Shown here piece by piece: positions 28,824 through 38,277 of a DNA stretch of 53,552 nt. The notes below the pieces were generated by a model. It saw only the letters and a list, made by a program, of their open reading frames with translations, ran no database searches and was not told where the DNA came from. This DNA comes from Acutalibacteraceae bacterium (GTDB taxonomy: Bacteria > Actinomycetota > Coriobacteriia > Coriobacteriales > Coriobacteriaceae): assembly GCA_963599935.1 (NCBI GenBank), contig CAVCBD010000001.1, forward strand, positions 1 to 53,552. The letters are read 5' to 3'. Position numbers and translations under genes: made by a program. Within the stretch, counting starts at the first letter, position 1. The number at the start of each line of letters is the position of its first letter.

Positions 28824-30038
28824 ATGTTCGCGAAGGATCGCGAAGCAATGCGCCTGACGCCGGCGGAAGTCAGGCTGATTCTTATTGAGTCCCTGCAGTG
28901 GTGCGCCAACAACGCGGTGTACTTTTTGGGGCTTATCGGGGCTGCTACGTATGATTTGGCGGGCACCGCCTTTTTGGTCGCCGCCATCACGCTCGTGCGC
29001 AACCTCACGACGTCGGTGGGCAATATGGTGTCGGGTTCGGTTATCGACCGCTTTGGCCCGCGCCGCACGTCGTTTGTGACATGCGTGATCACGGCGGTGC
29101 TGTCCCTCGGCATTGGCCTGGCGCCGTTGTCCGTTCCCGGGCTGGTGTTTGCCGCATGCGTTTTGGGACTTGCGGGCGGTTTTATCAACACCTGCACGCA
29201 TGCGTTTCCGGGGTATCTTGAGTCGACCACCGAGGGCCGCACGCGTGTGAACGGCCTGATGGTCTTCTACAGCAACATCGCCTATACCGCCGGTCCGCTG
29301 CTTGGCGGTGCCATCGTGAGCTGCTTTGCCACGCAATCTGTCTATCTGCTTATGGCGGCAATGATGGGCGTGGCGGCCGTGCTCTCCTTGGGTTGTCACG
29401 AGTGCGTTGTTCCCGCAAAAGGGGAGAAGCTAAAGGGTGGCATCTTGACCGGCATGGTCGAGGGTGCCCGGCTCACGTTTTGCGACCACGATCTTCGTCT
29501 CATCTTTATCTCGGGCTTTTTGGGCTTCTTCGCATTTGGCGCGTTCGATTCGCTGGAGTCGCTGTTCTATCGCGATGTGCTCAATGTAGATATCGTCTGG
29601 CTGGGATGGCTGTCTTCGGTCGTGGGCCTTACCTCTTCGGTGGGCGCCTTCGCCCTGACCAAGCTTTCGGCTCGCCATGTCAACCTGCGCCTGTTGCTTG
29701 GGTCGCTCATGACGGTGGGCATTGGGTCCATGGTGTACGTGGGCACCGATATGCTGGGGGTGGCGATTATCGGTCAGGCGATTAATGGCTTGGCTTGGGG
29801 TTTCCTGGAGCCGCTCCAGATGATCCTGATTCAGGAGCGCGCGGACATCAAATACCTGGGCCGTATCACGGGCTTTGTACGTTTTGGTCTGATGAGTGCC
29901 GGCGTGCTGCCGTTGCTGGCCGCTCCGTTTTTGGCGGAGGCCTTGGGCGTTCAGACAGTGCTGTTTGGAGCTTCGACAATCATTGCGCTGGTAGGAACGC
30001 TGTTCTTTGTCACGCAGGGGAAGCGCCGGGAGTGCTAG
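28824..30038 (+). CDS. MFS transporter
   Basis: AAGGAG RBS before ATG at 28824; GSVIDRFGPRR motif A; about 12 TM segments. Confidence 0.88.
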   Translation: MFAKDREAMRLTPAEVRLILIESLQWCANNAVYFLGLIGAATYDLAGTAFLVAAITLVRNLTTSVGNMVSGSVIDRFGPRRTSFVTCVITAVLSLGIGLAPLSVPGLVFAACVLGLAGGFINTCTHAFPGYLESTTEGRTRVNGLMVFYSNIAYTAGPLLGGAIVSCFATQSVYLLMAAMMGVAAVLSLGCHECVVPAKGEKLKGGILTGMVEGARLTFCDHDLRLIFISGFLGFFAFGAFDSLESLFYRDVLNVDIVWLGWLSSVVGLTSSVGAFALTKLSARHVNLRLLLGSLMTVGIGSMVYVGTDMLGVAIIGQAINGLAWGFLEPLQMILIQERADIKYLGRITGFVRFGLMSAGVLPLLAAPFLAEALGVQTVLFGASTIIALVGTLFFVTQGKRREC

Positions 30039-30114
30039 ATATACATCTAATTCTAATTTAATACCACTCACCCGAGAATTTCGACCGTTCACCGAGGATC
30101 GGCACGGATTACAA

Positions 30115-30161
30115 AGTGGTATTAAAAACACGTTTGGTGTATGTCTATAATTGGTATCGAA
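30115..30161 (+). promoter_or_regulatory. Promoter/operator shared with 26974-27020
   Basis: AGTGGTATTAAA...TCTATAATTGGTATC; an inverted copy TTTAATACCACT lies at ~30057-30068. Confidence 0.7.
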
Positions 30162-30208
30162 AAGAAACGCGATGTATAGAGTTGCGTGCAGGACAGAAAG
30201 GACAAACC

Positions 30209-31270
30209 ATGAAGGAAACCGAGAAGATCGAGATCATGCACTTTAGCCAGGAGGGCTACGTCGAGGACGGCAAGAACGTCTACGAGACCGGCAAGAAGAT
30301 GACCGCGCTCGCCGACAAGGTCGCCGACGAGGGCTATGACGCCGTGTTCCTGATGGGTGTTGGCGGCACCTGGGATGAGCTCATGCAGCTCGAGTATCTC
30401 ATGAACAAGTTCGGCGACCGCGACCTCGAGGTCTACCTGATCCACGCCGCCGAATGGAACGTCTCCGGCCACAAGCGCATGACCGACAAGTCCGTCGTGC
30501 TCACCGCCTCCGAGTCCGGCACCACCCCCGAGGTCCTCGAGGCCGTCAAGAAGATGAAGGACATGGGCGTGCGCGTCTACGCCATGACCAAGCCCGAGGG
30601 CCCCATCGGCCAGGCTGTCGGTGCCGAGAACTGCGTCGCCATGGCTTCTGACCATGGTTCCGGTGGCTGCGAGAAGGGCTACTACCTCGCCGACTGCTTC
30701 GGCCTGCGCCTCCTCAACCGCCGAGGCTGCTTCCCGCAGTTCGACAAGTTCATTGAGCAGACCAAGGATGTTTGGACCCACCTGGTCGATATTCGCAAGA
30801 GCTTCGAGCCGCGCGCCGAGGAGCTCGCCAAGAAGTACGCCCTTGCGCCCTACACCATGTTCATCGGCTCCGGCGCCCTGTGGGGCGAGACCATCCTCTT
30901 CTCGATGTGCATCCTGGAGGAGATGCAGTGGAAGCGCACCCGTTACATTACGTCCGCCGACTTCTTCCACGGCACCCTTGAGCTCGTGGAGCCGGGCGTG
31001 CCCGTGTTCCTGTTCATGGGCGAGGACGAGAACCGTAAGCTCGACGAGCGTGTCCGCGCCTTCCTGACCCGCGGCGTGACCGGCGACACCGACATCAACA
31101 TCATCGACACCGCCGAGTTCGCCATCCCAGGTCTGGACGACGAGTTCCGCGTCATCGTGTCTCCGTGGATCCTTTCCTCGCTGGTCACCGATCGACTCGC
31201 CGCCTACTACGAGACGGTCACCAAGCACAACCTCAACTACCGTCGTTACTATCACCAGTTCGACTACTAA
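30209..31270 (+). CDS. frlB: Fructosamine-6-phosphate deglycase (FrlB/GfrF family), copy 2
   Basis: Near-identical paralog of 22229-23290 (offset 7980). Confidence 0.85.
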   Translation: MKETEKIEIMHFSQEGYVEDGKNVYETGKKMTALADKVADEGYDAVFLMGVGGTWDELMQLEYLMNKFGDRDLEVYLIHAAEWNVSGHKRMTDKSVVLTASESGTTPEVLEAVKKMKDMGVRVYAMTKPEGPIGQAVGAENCVAMASDHGSGGCEKGYYLADCFGLRLLNRRGCFPQFDKFIEQTKDVWTHLVDIRKSFEPRAEELAKKYALAPYTMFIGSGALWGETILFSMCILEEMQWKRTRYITSADFFHGTLELVEPGVPVFLFMGEDENRKLDERVRAFLTRGVTGDTDINIIDTAEFAIPGLDDEFRVIVSPWILSSLVTDRLAAYYETVTKHNLNYRRYYHQFDY

Positions 31271-31353
31271 TCGACTGCTAAGCAAGAAGCACCCTGCCCG
31301 GGCGCATGCGTCCGGGCTTTTTTATGCTGAAATTCGCTAGAAAGGGGAATCGA

Positions 31354-31770
31354 ATGAGGCAGTTTATCGTTGCATCCCATGCTCACTTCGCGTCCGGAAT
31401 CGTTGAGAGCATCGGCTTGCTCTCCGGCGAGCGCGAAAACGTTCACGCGCTCTCCATGTATGTCGATGGAAACGAAGACCTGGCCAAGGAGGCCGCGGCG
31501 ATTCTGGACGGCTTTGCCGCGGACGATGAGGTCGTCGTTTGCACCGACCTGTTTGGCGGCAGCGTCAACAACGAGTTCACCAAGATCGTCCAGACGCGTC
31601 CCAACACGCATCTGGTGACCAATATGAATCTGCCGCTTCTCATTCAGCTGCTGTTCGTGTCCGATTCCACCCCGATCGACGAGGCCATTCGTCAGATCGT
31701 CGAGGCGGACGACACCAAGGTCAAGTACGTCAACGACCTGCTGGGCCAGGCCGAACTCGATGAGTTTTAA
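31354..31770 (+). CDS. Mannose-family PTS EIIA, copy 2
   Basis: IVASHAH, TDLFGGSVNN. Confidence 0.92.
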   Translation: MRQFIVASHAHFASGIVESIGLLSGERENVHALSMYVDGNEDLAKEAAAILDGFAADDEVVVCTDLFGGSVNNEFTKIVQTRPNTHLVTNMNLPLLIQLLFVSDSTPIDEAIRQIVEADDTKVKYVNDLLGQAELDEF

Positions 31771-31786
31771 TCGTTAGGAGCACATC

Positions 31787-32257
31787 ATGATTCAGATGAT
31801 TCGCGTAGACTATCGACTGCTTCACGGCCAGGTTGCCGTGAGCTGGACCTCGGCTTTGGGTGCCGACTGCATCCTGCTGGTAAGCGACACGGTCCTCAAC
31901 GACAAGCTTCGTCTGCAGGCCCTGTCCCTTGCAAAGCCGGAGGGCTGCAAGGTCGTCGTTAAAAACACCGAGGATGCCGTCAAGGCGCTCCAGAGCGGTG
32001 TGACCGACAAGTACAAGCTCTTCGTTGTTTGCGAGACGATTCAGCAGGCCGGTGCCGTCGCAAAGGCGATGGGCGTCAAGAAGATCAACCTCGGCAACGT
32101 TGCCTTTAGCGAGGATGCCCGCCAGGTCTCGACGAGCGTGTTCCTTACGCCCGGGAACGAGGCGTACGTGAAGGAGCTGCTCGGCGAGGGCTACGAGCTG
32201 TTCATCCAGATGATTCCGGCGGATGCAAAGACTGACGCCGCAAAGGCCATCGGTTAG
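31787..32257 (+). CDS. Mannose-family PTS EIIB, copy 2
   Basis: RVDYRLLHGQV. Confidence 0.92.
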   Translation: MIQMIRVDYRLLHGQVAVSWTSALGADCILLVSDTVLNDKLRLQALSLAKPEGCKVVVKNTEDAVKALQSGVTDKYKLFVVCETIQQAGAVAKAMGVKKINLGNVAFSEDARQVSTSVFLTPGNEAYVKELLGEGYELFIQMIPADAKTDAAKAIG

Positions 32258-32265
32258 GGGCTGTC

Positions 32266-33057
32266 ATGGTTATCAAGACAATCCTGATTTTCCTTATTGC
32301 CCTTTTGGGCTATTCCGAGTGGCTGACGGGCACGAGCTACCTCCAGCGCCCCATTGTGCTCGGACCTCTGGTCGGCCTTGTCATGGGCGATGTGGTGACC
32401 GGCACGATCATGGGCGCCACGATGGAGCTCGCCATGGTCGGTGCTATCTCGGTCGGTGCCTATAACCCGCCCGATACGATTTCTGGAACCATCCTGGGCG
32501 TATCCCTTGCCATGCAGGCCGGCGCGGACGCTTCGGCGGCACTGACCCTGGGTATTCCCATCGCCACGATCGTTCTGGCGCTCGACACGGCCCTGGGCCA
32601 GCCGGTCATGCTGCTGCTGGTACACCGCATCGACAAGAACGTCGAGGATGGAGACACCAAGGCCATCACGCGCAACATGCTCATCGCCGGTTACGCGCAG
32701 AGCTGGTGCGGCCTGTTGATCATTCCCCTGGCATTCTTCTTTGGCGCTGACGCCGTCGCCAGCCTGCTCAATATCATTCCCGATTTCGTTCAGACCGGTA
32801 TGGATGTCGCTGCTGCCTTCTTGCCCGCACTCGGCTTTGCCATGCTGGCTCAGATGATTATGAACAAGACCGTGGCGCCGTTCTTCTTCGCAGGCTTCTT
32901 CCTCGTTGCCTACTTTGGTATTAGCACGACGGGTGTGGCGATTTTTGCCGCGATTATCGTCGTCGCGATGACGGTTTTGGGCGAGAAGAAAAAAGCGGAG
33001 CAGCCCGTAGCGGTAACCGAGGATCCTGCGATTGGGAGTGGGTTCGATGAGTTTTAA
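32266..33057 (+). CDS. Mannose-family PTS EIIC, copy 3 (divergent)
   Basis: QRPIVLGPLVGLVMGD, GAYNPPD, LPALGFAML. Confidence 0.92.
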   Translation: MVIKTILIFLIALLGYSEWLTGTSYLQRPIVLGPLVGLVMGDVVTGTIMGATMELAMVGAISVGAYNPPDTISGTILGVSLAMQAGADASAALTLGIPIATIVLALDTALGQPVMLLLVHRIDKNVEDGDTKAITRNMLIAGYAQSWCGLLIIPLAFFFGADAVASLLNIIPDFVQTGMDVAAAFLPALGFAMLAQMIMNKTVAPFFFAGFFLVAYFGISTTGVAIFAAIIVVAMTVLGEKKKAEQPVAVTEDPAIGSGFDEF

Positions 33058-33883
33058 GTTTGAGTCTTCCTACGACGGGCTGATTACCCGCGCAGATCTT
33101 AAGAAGCTGTTCTGGCGCTCGATTCCCTATGAGCATTCCTGGAACTACGAGCGTATGGGACACATCGGCTTTATGTGGGCTCTCATGCCGATCCTGCGCA
33201 AGCTCTATCCGCAGGATGCGGACTTTAAGGCTGCGCTCAAGCGCCACATGGAGCTCTATAACGTCACGCCGTACATCTCGACGCTCCCCATGTCCATTGC
33301 CGCGGCAATGGAGGAGGTCAACGCCACCGAAGAGAGCTTTGACACGAGCGCGATCTCCAACGTTAAGCTCGCGTTGATGGGCCCGCTTTCCGGCGTGGGC
33401 GATGCCTTCTACTGGGGCACGCTGCGCATTTTGGCTACGGGTGTCGGCACCTCGCTGGCACTGCAGGGTTCTATCCTTGGTCCGATTTTGTTCCTGCTGG
33501 TGTTCAATGTCCCCCACTACATCATTCGCTATGTGCTGACGTTTGTGGGATATCGCTTTGGCTCGGACATGATCAGCAAGGTCCAGGAGTCGGGCATCAT
33601 GGACACGATCGTCAAGATGGCCTCCATCATGGGCGCTATGGTGATCGGCGCCATGACCATGCAGATGGTCACGGTGGACATCCCGCTCATGGTTGGCGCG
33701 GGCGATGGCGCTCAAACGCTGGCCGAGCTACTCAACGGCATCTTCCCGGGCTTTGTCACGATGGGGCTGTTTGGAATCGTCTATCTCATGCTCAAGAAGA
33801 AGATGAATCCGCTGCTTATCATGCTGGTGATTTTGCTCGTGAGTATCGCCGGCGCGTTCTTTGGAGTACTTGGTGTTCAGTAG
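33047..33883 (+). CDS. Mannose-family PTS EIID, copy 3 (divergent)
   Basis: SWNYERM, KLALMGPLSGVGD. Confidence 0.92.
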   Translation: MSFKFESSYDGLITRADLKKLFWRSIPYEHSWNYERMGHIGFMWALMPILRKLYPQDADFKAALKRHMELYNVTPYISTLPMSIAAAMEEVNATEESFDTSAISNVKLALMGPLSGVGDAFYWGTLRILATGVGTSLALQGSILGPILFLLVFNVPHYIIRYVLTFVGYRFGSDMISKVQESGIMDTIVKMASIMGAMVIGAMTMQMVTVDIPLMVGAGDGAQTLAELLNGIFPGFVTMGLFGIVYLMLKKKMNPLLIMLVILLVSIAGAFFGVLGVQ

Positions 33884-33966
33884 GGCATCCGTCATAATCA
33901 AAACAATATAAGAGGGGGCGTCGCGCACACTGTGCTGCGGCGCCCTTTTGCCGAAAGGTGGACAAG

Positions 33967-34803
33967 ATGGAGTATCCACAGCTTGCCGTTATGAATATCA
34001 GCCATCGCTACTTTGACCTGGAGGAGTTCTTTTCCTTGGCGGCGGCCTCGGGCTATACGTGCTGCGAGCTTTGGACGGGGGCGATGCACTTGTATGTCGA
34101 CTGTCATGGCTACGATTCGCTCGAACAGGTGAAGGAACTTTCGCAGCAGTTTGGGGTCCGGATCGTCGGCATTTGCCCCGAGCAGAATAACCCCAAGCCG
34201 TGGAATATCGCGGCGCGCGGGGAGGAGTCGCGTGCCCGTACGCTCGCATACTTTAAGAATGTCGTGGATATCGCGGTGGAGCTTGGGGCCGAGCAGGTTA
34301 TGGTTTCGAGTGGCTGGGCGTTTTTGAATGAGCCGATTGAGGACGCGTGGGCGCGTAGCGCCTCGATGCTGCGGTCGATTGCCGAGTATGCGGGCGAGCG
34401 CGGCGTTCGCCTGGTGCTTGAGGCCCTGCAGCCGGTTGAGTCGATGATCGTGAACTCGGCGGCCGATACCAAGCGCATGATTGACGCGGTTGACCATCCT
34501 GCGCTCAAGGCGTGCCTTGATATGGGCGCCATGGCGGTGGCGGGGGATACCATCGATGATTATTTCGATGCGCTCGGCGATGACGTTGCCCACGTGCACT
34601 TTGTCGATGTTGCGGCAGATGGCACGACGCATCTGGCCTGGGGTGACGGCGACCGCGATATGCGTGCCGACCTGGATAGGCTAGTGGCGCGTGGCTACAA
34701 GGGCGTGGTTTCGGCCGAGACGTATGACGGGCGCTATTTCGCCGATCCCGCGGCAGCCGATGCTCAGGTCATGGCGGTGTATCGCCGCGCGATCGGCGCG
34801 TAG
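33967..34803 (+). CDS. Sugar-phosphate isomerase/epimerase TIM barrel, FrlC (fructoselysine 3-epimerase)-like
   Basis: ELWTGAMH, LEALQP.ES, HVHFVD, HLAWGDG; frl context. Confidence 0.75.
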   Translation: MEYPQLAVMNISHRYFDLEEFFSLAAASGYTCCELWTGAMHLYVDCHGYDSLEQVKELSQQFGVRIVGICPEQNNPKPWNIAARGEESRARTLAYFKNVVDIAVELGAEQVMVSSGWAFLNEPIEDAWARSASMLRSIAEYAGERGVRLVLEALQPVESMIVNSAADTKRMIDAVDHPALKACLDMGAMAVAGDTIDDYFDALGDDVAHVHFVDVAADGTTHLAWGDGDRDMRADLDRLVARGYKGVVSAETYDGRYFADPAAADAQVMAVYRRAIGA

Positions 34804-34925
34804 GCGAGACGGGGTGCCGAGCTGCTGTTCGGCGGATTTCGGCTGGGCGCTCGAAATGGGATGCGCTTTCCCTATGTTTCCAAATGAATACGCTGTGAGC
34901 CGTGGGAGACGATTCTCCCCGCAAG

Positions 34926-34945
34926 CACTCTAGTATGCTAAAGTA
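34926..34945. promoter_or_regulatory. Putative HisR (TrpR-like)-type operator of the his operon
   Basis: Imperfect palindrome CACTCTAGTATGCTAAAGTA about 70 bp upstream of hisZG. Confidence 0.6.
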
Positions 34946-35014
34946 CCCAAAAGACCGGCGGAGCTATGCCGGTCGTTTGTTCTGTATGCAACACAGCATG
35001 AGGAGGCTCACCAG

Positions 35015-36730
35015 ATGACGGCCACACCGTGGGGATTCCGGGACATATTGCCCGAGGAGGCTCAGGCGCGCGAGGAGATTGCGCTTACGGTGAAGGGCTG
35101 CTTTAGGGAGCATCATTATCTGCCGGTTGAGACGCCGCTGCTCGAGGACAAGGGCTCGCTCGAGGAGGGCGGCCGTATCGCGGACACGCCGTTTAAGCTT
35201 TTTGACGATGACGGCCGCTTGCTGGTGGTTCGTCCCGATAACACATTGCCCATCGTGCGCCTGGTCTCGACCCGCATGCGTGCGGCCGACCTGCCGCTGC
35301 GCCTGCGCTATGAGGCACCGGTGGTTCGCGAATGTCAGCGCAATGCCGGCGGTTCGCGTCAGTTTACCCAGCTGGGTTTTGAGCTCATCGGCGCGGGCGA
35401 TACCGCGGGCGATGTCGAGATCGTCTCGCTGGTGGCAGAGGCCGTTCGCAAGTTGGCGCTGCCCGATGCGCGCATTATCGCAGGTAGCGTGCGCCCGTTT
35501 AAGGAGCTGCTCGCGGCGTGCGAGGATCGCGAACTGGCTGCCGAGGCCCTGCGCTGCGTGCACGCCAATGACTTTGTGGGCCTCGATGCCCGCGTGGCGG
35601 CAAGCGACGAGACCGACGCCGTTAAGGCCGCCGTCAGCGAACTGCCGCGCCTGCATGGTGGGGCCGAAGTGCTCGATCGTGTGGATGCGCTGCTGGCGGC
35701 TGCCGGTATTGTCGCGCCGCTCACGCGCGAGCTGCATGCCCTGGTTGAGGGTTTGGCCCCCGAGGACGCCCAGGTGCTGTCCTTCGACTTCTCCATCATG
35801 AACTCCTTTGACTATTACACGGGCCTTGTCTTTAAGGCTTACGCCGGCGGGCTGCCCGATCCAGTTGGCTCGGGCGGTCGCTACGACTCCATCTTTACCG
35901 GCGCATTTGGCGTGGGGCTCGAGGTGCCGGCGGCGGGCTTTGCCTTTTCACTCGAGCGCCTGGAGGCCGCGTGCACCTCTGCCGAGGACGCCGCCTCCGA
36001 TGGTGACCACGCCGTGGGCCGCAGCGCCGAGGGCCCGTTGCGCATTGCCGTACCCAAGGGGTCGCTTAAGGCCGATACCCTCGACGTGCTCGAGGCTGCG
36101 GGCCTGGACGTCTCCGAGCTGCGCGATCCCGGCCGCCACCTGATCGTGCGCGGTCGCGACACGCGTGCCGGCGAGGGCGCGGTCGGCGATATTGAGTTTG
36201 TCATCGTGCGCCCCAGTGACGCGCCGGCCTTTGTGGGCTGCGGCGGCGCCGACTGCGGCATCTGCGGTTGGGACTCGCTCATCGAGGCAGACCTCAACCT
36301 GCTGCAGCTCGTCGATTTGGGCTATGGCCTGTGCACCTTTATTGAGGCGGAGCCCGCATGGCGCGCCGGCCAGGCCGAGCGCAACTATGCCCGCCGCGGC
36401 TCTCTGCGTGTGGCCACCAAGTACCCGCGCATCGCGAGTGCCTGGTATGCCGAGCGCGGTGTGAATGCCGATATCGTCTCGCTACACGGCAATATTGAGC
36501 TGGGCCCCATCGTCGGCATGACCGACCGCATCGTGGATATCACCGCCACGGGCGCCACGTTGCGCGACAACGACCTGGTCATCACCGGCCGCATCATGGA
36601 CTGCACGGCTCGCTTCTTCGTCAACCCGGGTGCGGCGCGCCTGGACCCGCGCGTGCGCAACCTGGCCGATCGCCTGGCGGCCGCCGTGAAGGACAAGCAT
36701 TTTGAGCCCGTCGCGGGCTCGGCACAATAG
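35015..36730 (+). CDS. hisZ-hisG: Fused ATP phosphoribosyltransferase regulatory subunit HisZ and short-form HisG
   Basis: N-terminal TPWGFRD, RPDNT, RQFTQLGFE, YYTGLVF, GGRYD; C-terminal LRIAVPKG, VATKYP, GNIELGP, DITATGATL. Confidence 0.9.
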   Translation: MTATPWGFRDILPEEAQAREEIALTVKGCFREHHYLPVETPLLEDKGSLEEGGRIADTPFKLFDDDGRLLVVRPDNTLPIVRLVSTRMRAADLPLRLRYEAPVVRECQRNAGGSRQFTQLGFELIGAGDTAGDVEIVSLVAEAVRKLALPDARIIAGSVRPFKELLAACEDRELAAEALRCVHANDFVGLDARVAASDETDAVKAAVSELPRLHGGAEVLDRVDALLAAAGIVAPLTRELHALVEGLAPEDAQVLSFDFSIMNSFDYYTGLVFKAYAGGLPDPVGSGGRYDSIFTGAFGVGLEVPAAGFAFSLERLEAACTSAEDAASDGDHAVGRSAEGPLRIAVPKGSLKADTLDVLEAAGLDVSELRDPGRHLIVRGRDTRAGEGAVGDIEFVIVRPSDAPAFVGCGGADCGICGWDSLIEADLNLLQLVDLGYGLCTFIEAEPAWRAGQAERNYARRGSLRVATKYPRIASAWYAERGVNADIVSLHGNIELGPIVGMTDRIVDITATGATLRDNDLVITGRIMDCTARFFVNPGAARLDPRVRNLADRLAAAVKDKHFEPVAGSAQ

Positions 36731-36836
36731 CGCGAGCGCGCACGGGCGCCCCCCATATCCGGGCTGCGGGTCGATTGGCGCTGCTGTCCGGCCTCACGTT
36801 TCTCAAACGCAACCTCAACCGATAGGGGATACCGAC

Positions 36837-38276
36837 ATGAAGACCATCAAACTTGCTCCCGGCGAGCGCCTCGTTACCAATCAGCTCAACCGCAAGGGCG
36901 TGCTGCCGCAAAATATCGTCGACGCCGCCCGCGATATCGTGGCCAACGTGCGTGCCAACGGCGATGCCGCGGTGCGCGATTACTGCCAGCGTTTTGACGG
37001 TGTTGAGCTGCAAAACTTCCGCCTTCCGCAGGAGCAGATCGATGCCGCGCTCGAGGGCCTCGACCCGGCCTTTGTCGCCGCACTCGAGAAGGCTGCGCGC
37101 CAGATTCGCGAGTTCCACCAGCGCGAGGTCGAGCAGAGCTGGTTTACCACGCGCCCGGACGGCACGATGCTCGGCGTTAAGGTGACTCCGCTTGCCGCGG
37201 CCGGCATCTATGTGCCGGGCGGCCGTGCGCAGTATCCCTCCACCGTGCTCATGAACGCCATTCCCGCCAAGGTAGCCGGCGTTAAGCGCGTGGTCATGGT
37301 GACCCCTCCGCAAAAAGATGGCCTGATCAGCCCGTATACACTCGCGGCTGCCAAGCTCGGCGGCGTGGACGAAATCTATATGGTGGGCGGCGCCCAGGCC
37401 GTGGCTGCGCTGGCGTATGGCACCGAGACCATTCCTCGTGTCGACAAGATCACCGGCCCGGGCAACGCCTTTGTCGCTGCGGCCAAGCAGATCGTGTCGG
37501 GCGATGTGGGTATCGACATGGTCGCCGGCCCGTCCGAGGTCTGCGTGCTGGCCGATGCCACGGCCAAGCCCATGGTGGTCGCTGCCGACCTGATGGCCCA
37601 GGCCGAGCACGATCCGCTGGCAGCCTGCTATCTGGTGACTTGCGACGAGCAGTTTGCGCGCGAGGTCGAGGCCGGCATCGACATCCTGGTGGCGCAGTCG
37701 CCGCGTGCCGAGATCACGCGCGCCTCGTTCGATAACGAAGGCACTATCGTGGTGGCCGCCGACATGACTGCCGCCGTCGAGGCGGTGAACACCGTGGCGC
37801 CCGAGCACCTGGAGCTGCACTGCAAGGATGCGATGGGCCTGCTCGGCGGCATTCGCAACGCCGGCGCCATCTTCGTGGGCGTTTGGAGCTCCGAGCCGCT
37901 CGGCGATTATGTTGCCGGTCCCAACCACACGCTGCCGACCGGCGGCACGGCCATGTTCTCAAACCCGCTTTCGGTGGAGGAGTTCGTCAAGCGCTCGAGC
38001 GTCATTTGCTATACACCCGAGGGCCTGCTCTCCGACGCTCCCGCTACGCAGCGCCTGGCCGAGGCCGAGGGCCTGTGGGCGCACGCGCTTTCTGCCGCCC
38101 TGCGTCGTCGCGTGCTGGAGCAGGGCGAGGATGCCGTGAGTGCCGAGTCGCTGGCCGCGACCGACCTGGCCAAGGTCGCCTGGCCGGGCGACGCCGTGGC
38201 GACGGTTGCCGAGGGCGTGGACCTGACGGCGGCTGCGGGCGCGGATGGCGCCGGTGTGACCGGTGGGGAGGCCTAA
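36837..38276 (+). CDS. hisD: Histidinol dehydrogenase
   Basis: [46 protein letters not shown]. Confidence 0.96.
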   Translation: MKTIKLAPGERLVTNQLNRKGVLPQNIVDAARDIVANVRANGDAAVRDYCQRFDGVELQNFRLPQEQIDAALEGLDPAFVAALEKAARQIREFHQREVEQSWFTTRPDGTMLGVKVTPLAAAGIYVPGGRAQYPSTVLMNAIPAKVAGVKRVVMVTPPQKDGLISPYTLAAAKLGGVDEIYMVGGAQAVAALAYGTETIPRVDKITGPGNAFVAAAKQIVSGDVGIDMVAGPSEVCVLADATAKPMVVAADLMAQAEHDPLAACYLVTCDEQFAREVEAGIDILVAQSPRAEITRASFDNEGTIVVAADMTAAVEAVNTVAPEHLELHCKDAMGLLGGIRNAGAIFVGVWSSEPLGDYVAGPNHTLPTGGTAMFSNPLSVEEFVKRSSVICYTPEGLLSDAPATQRLAEAEGLWAHALSAALRRRVLEQGEDAVSAESLAATDLAKVAWPGDAVATVAEGVDLTAAAGADGAGVTGGEA

Positions 38277-38277
38277 T

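Noticed and set aside
34804..35014. His leader peptide attenuator or T-box
   Set aside because: No run of His codons or T-box consensus seen; only a short hairpin and an operator-like palindrome
38130..38276. Extra domain at the HisD C-terminus
   Set aside because: Low-complexity Ala/Gly/acidic tail without motifs; similar linkers occur in several proteins here
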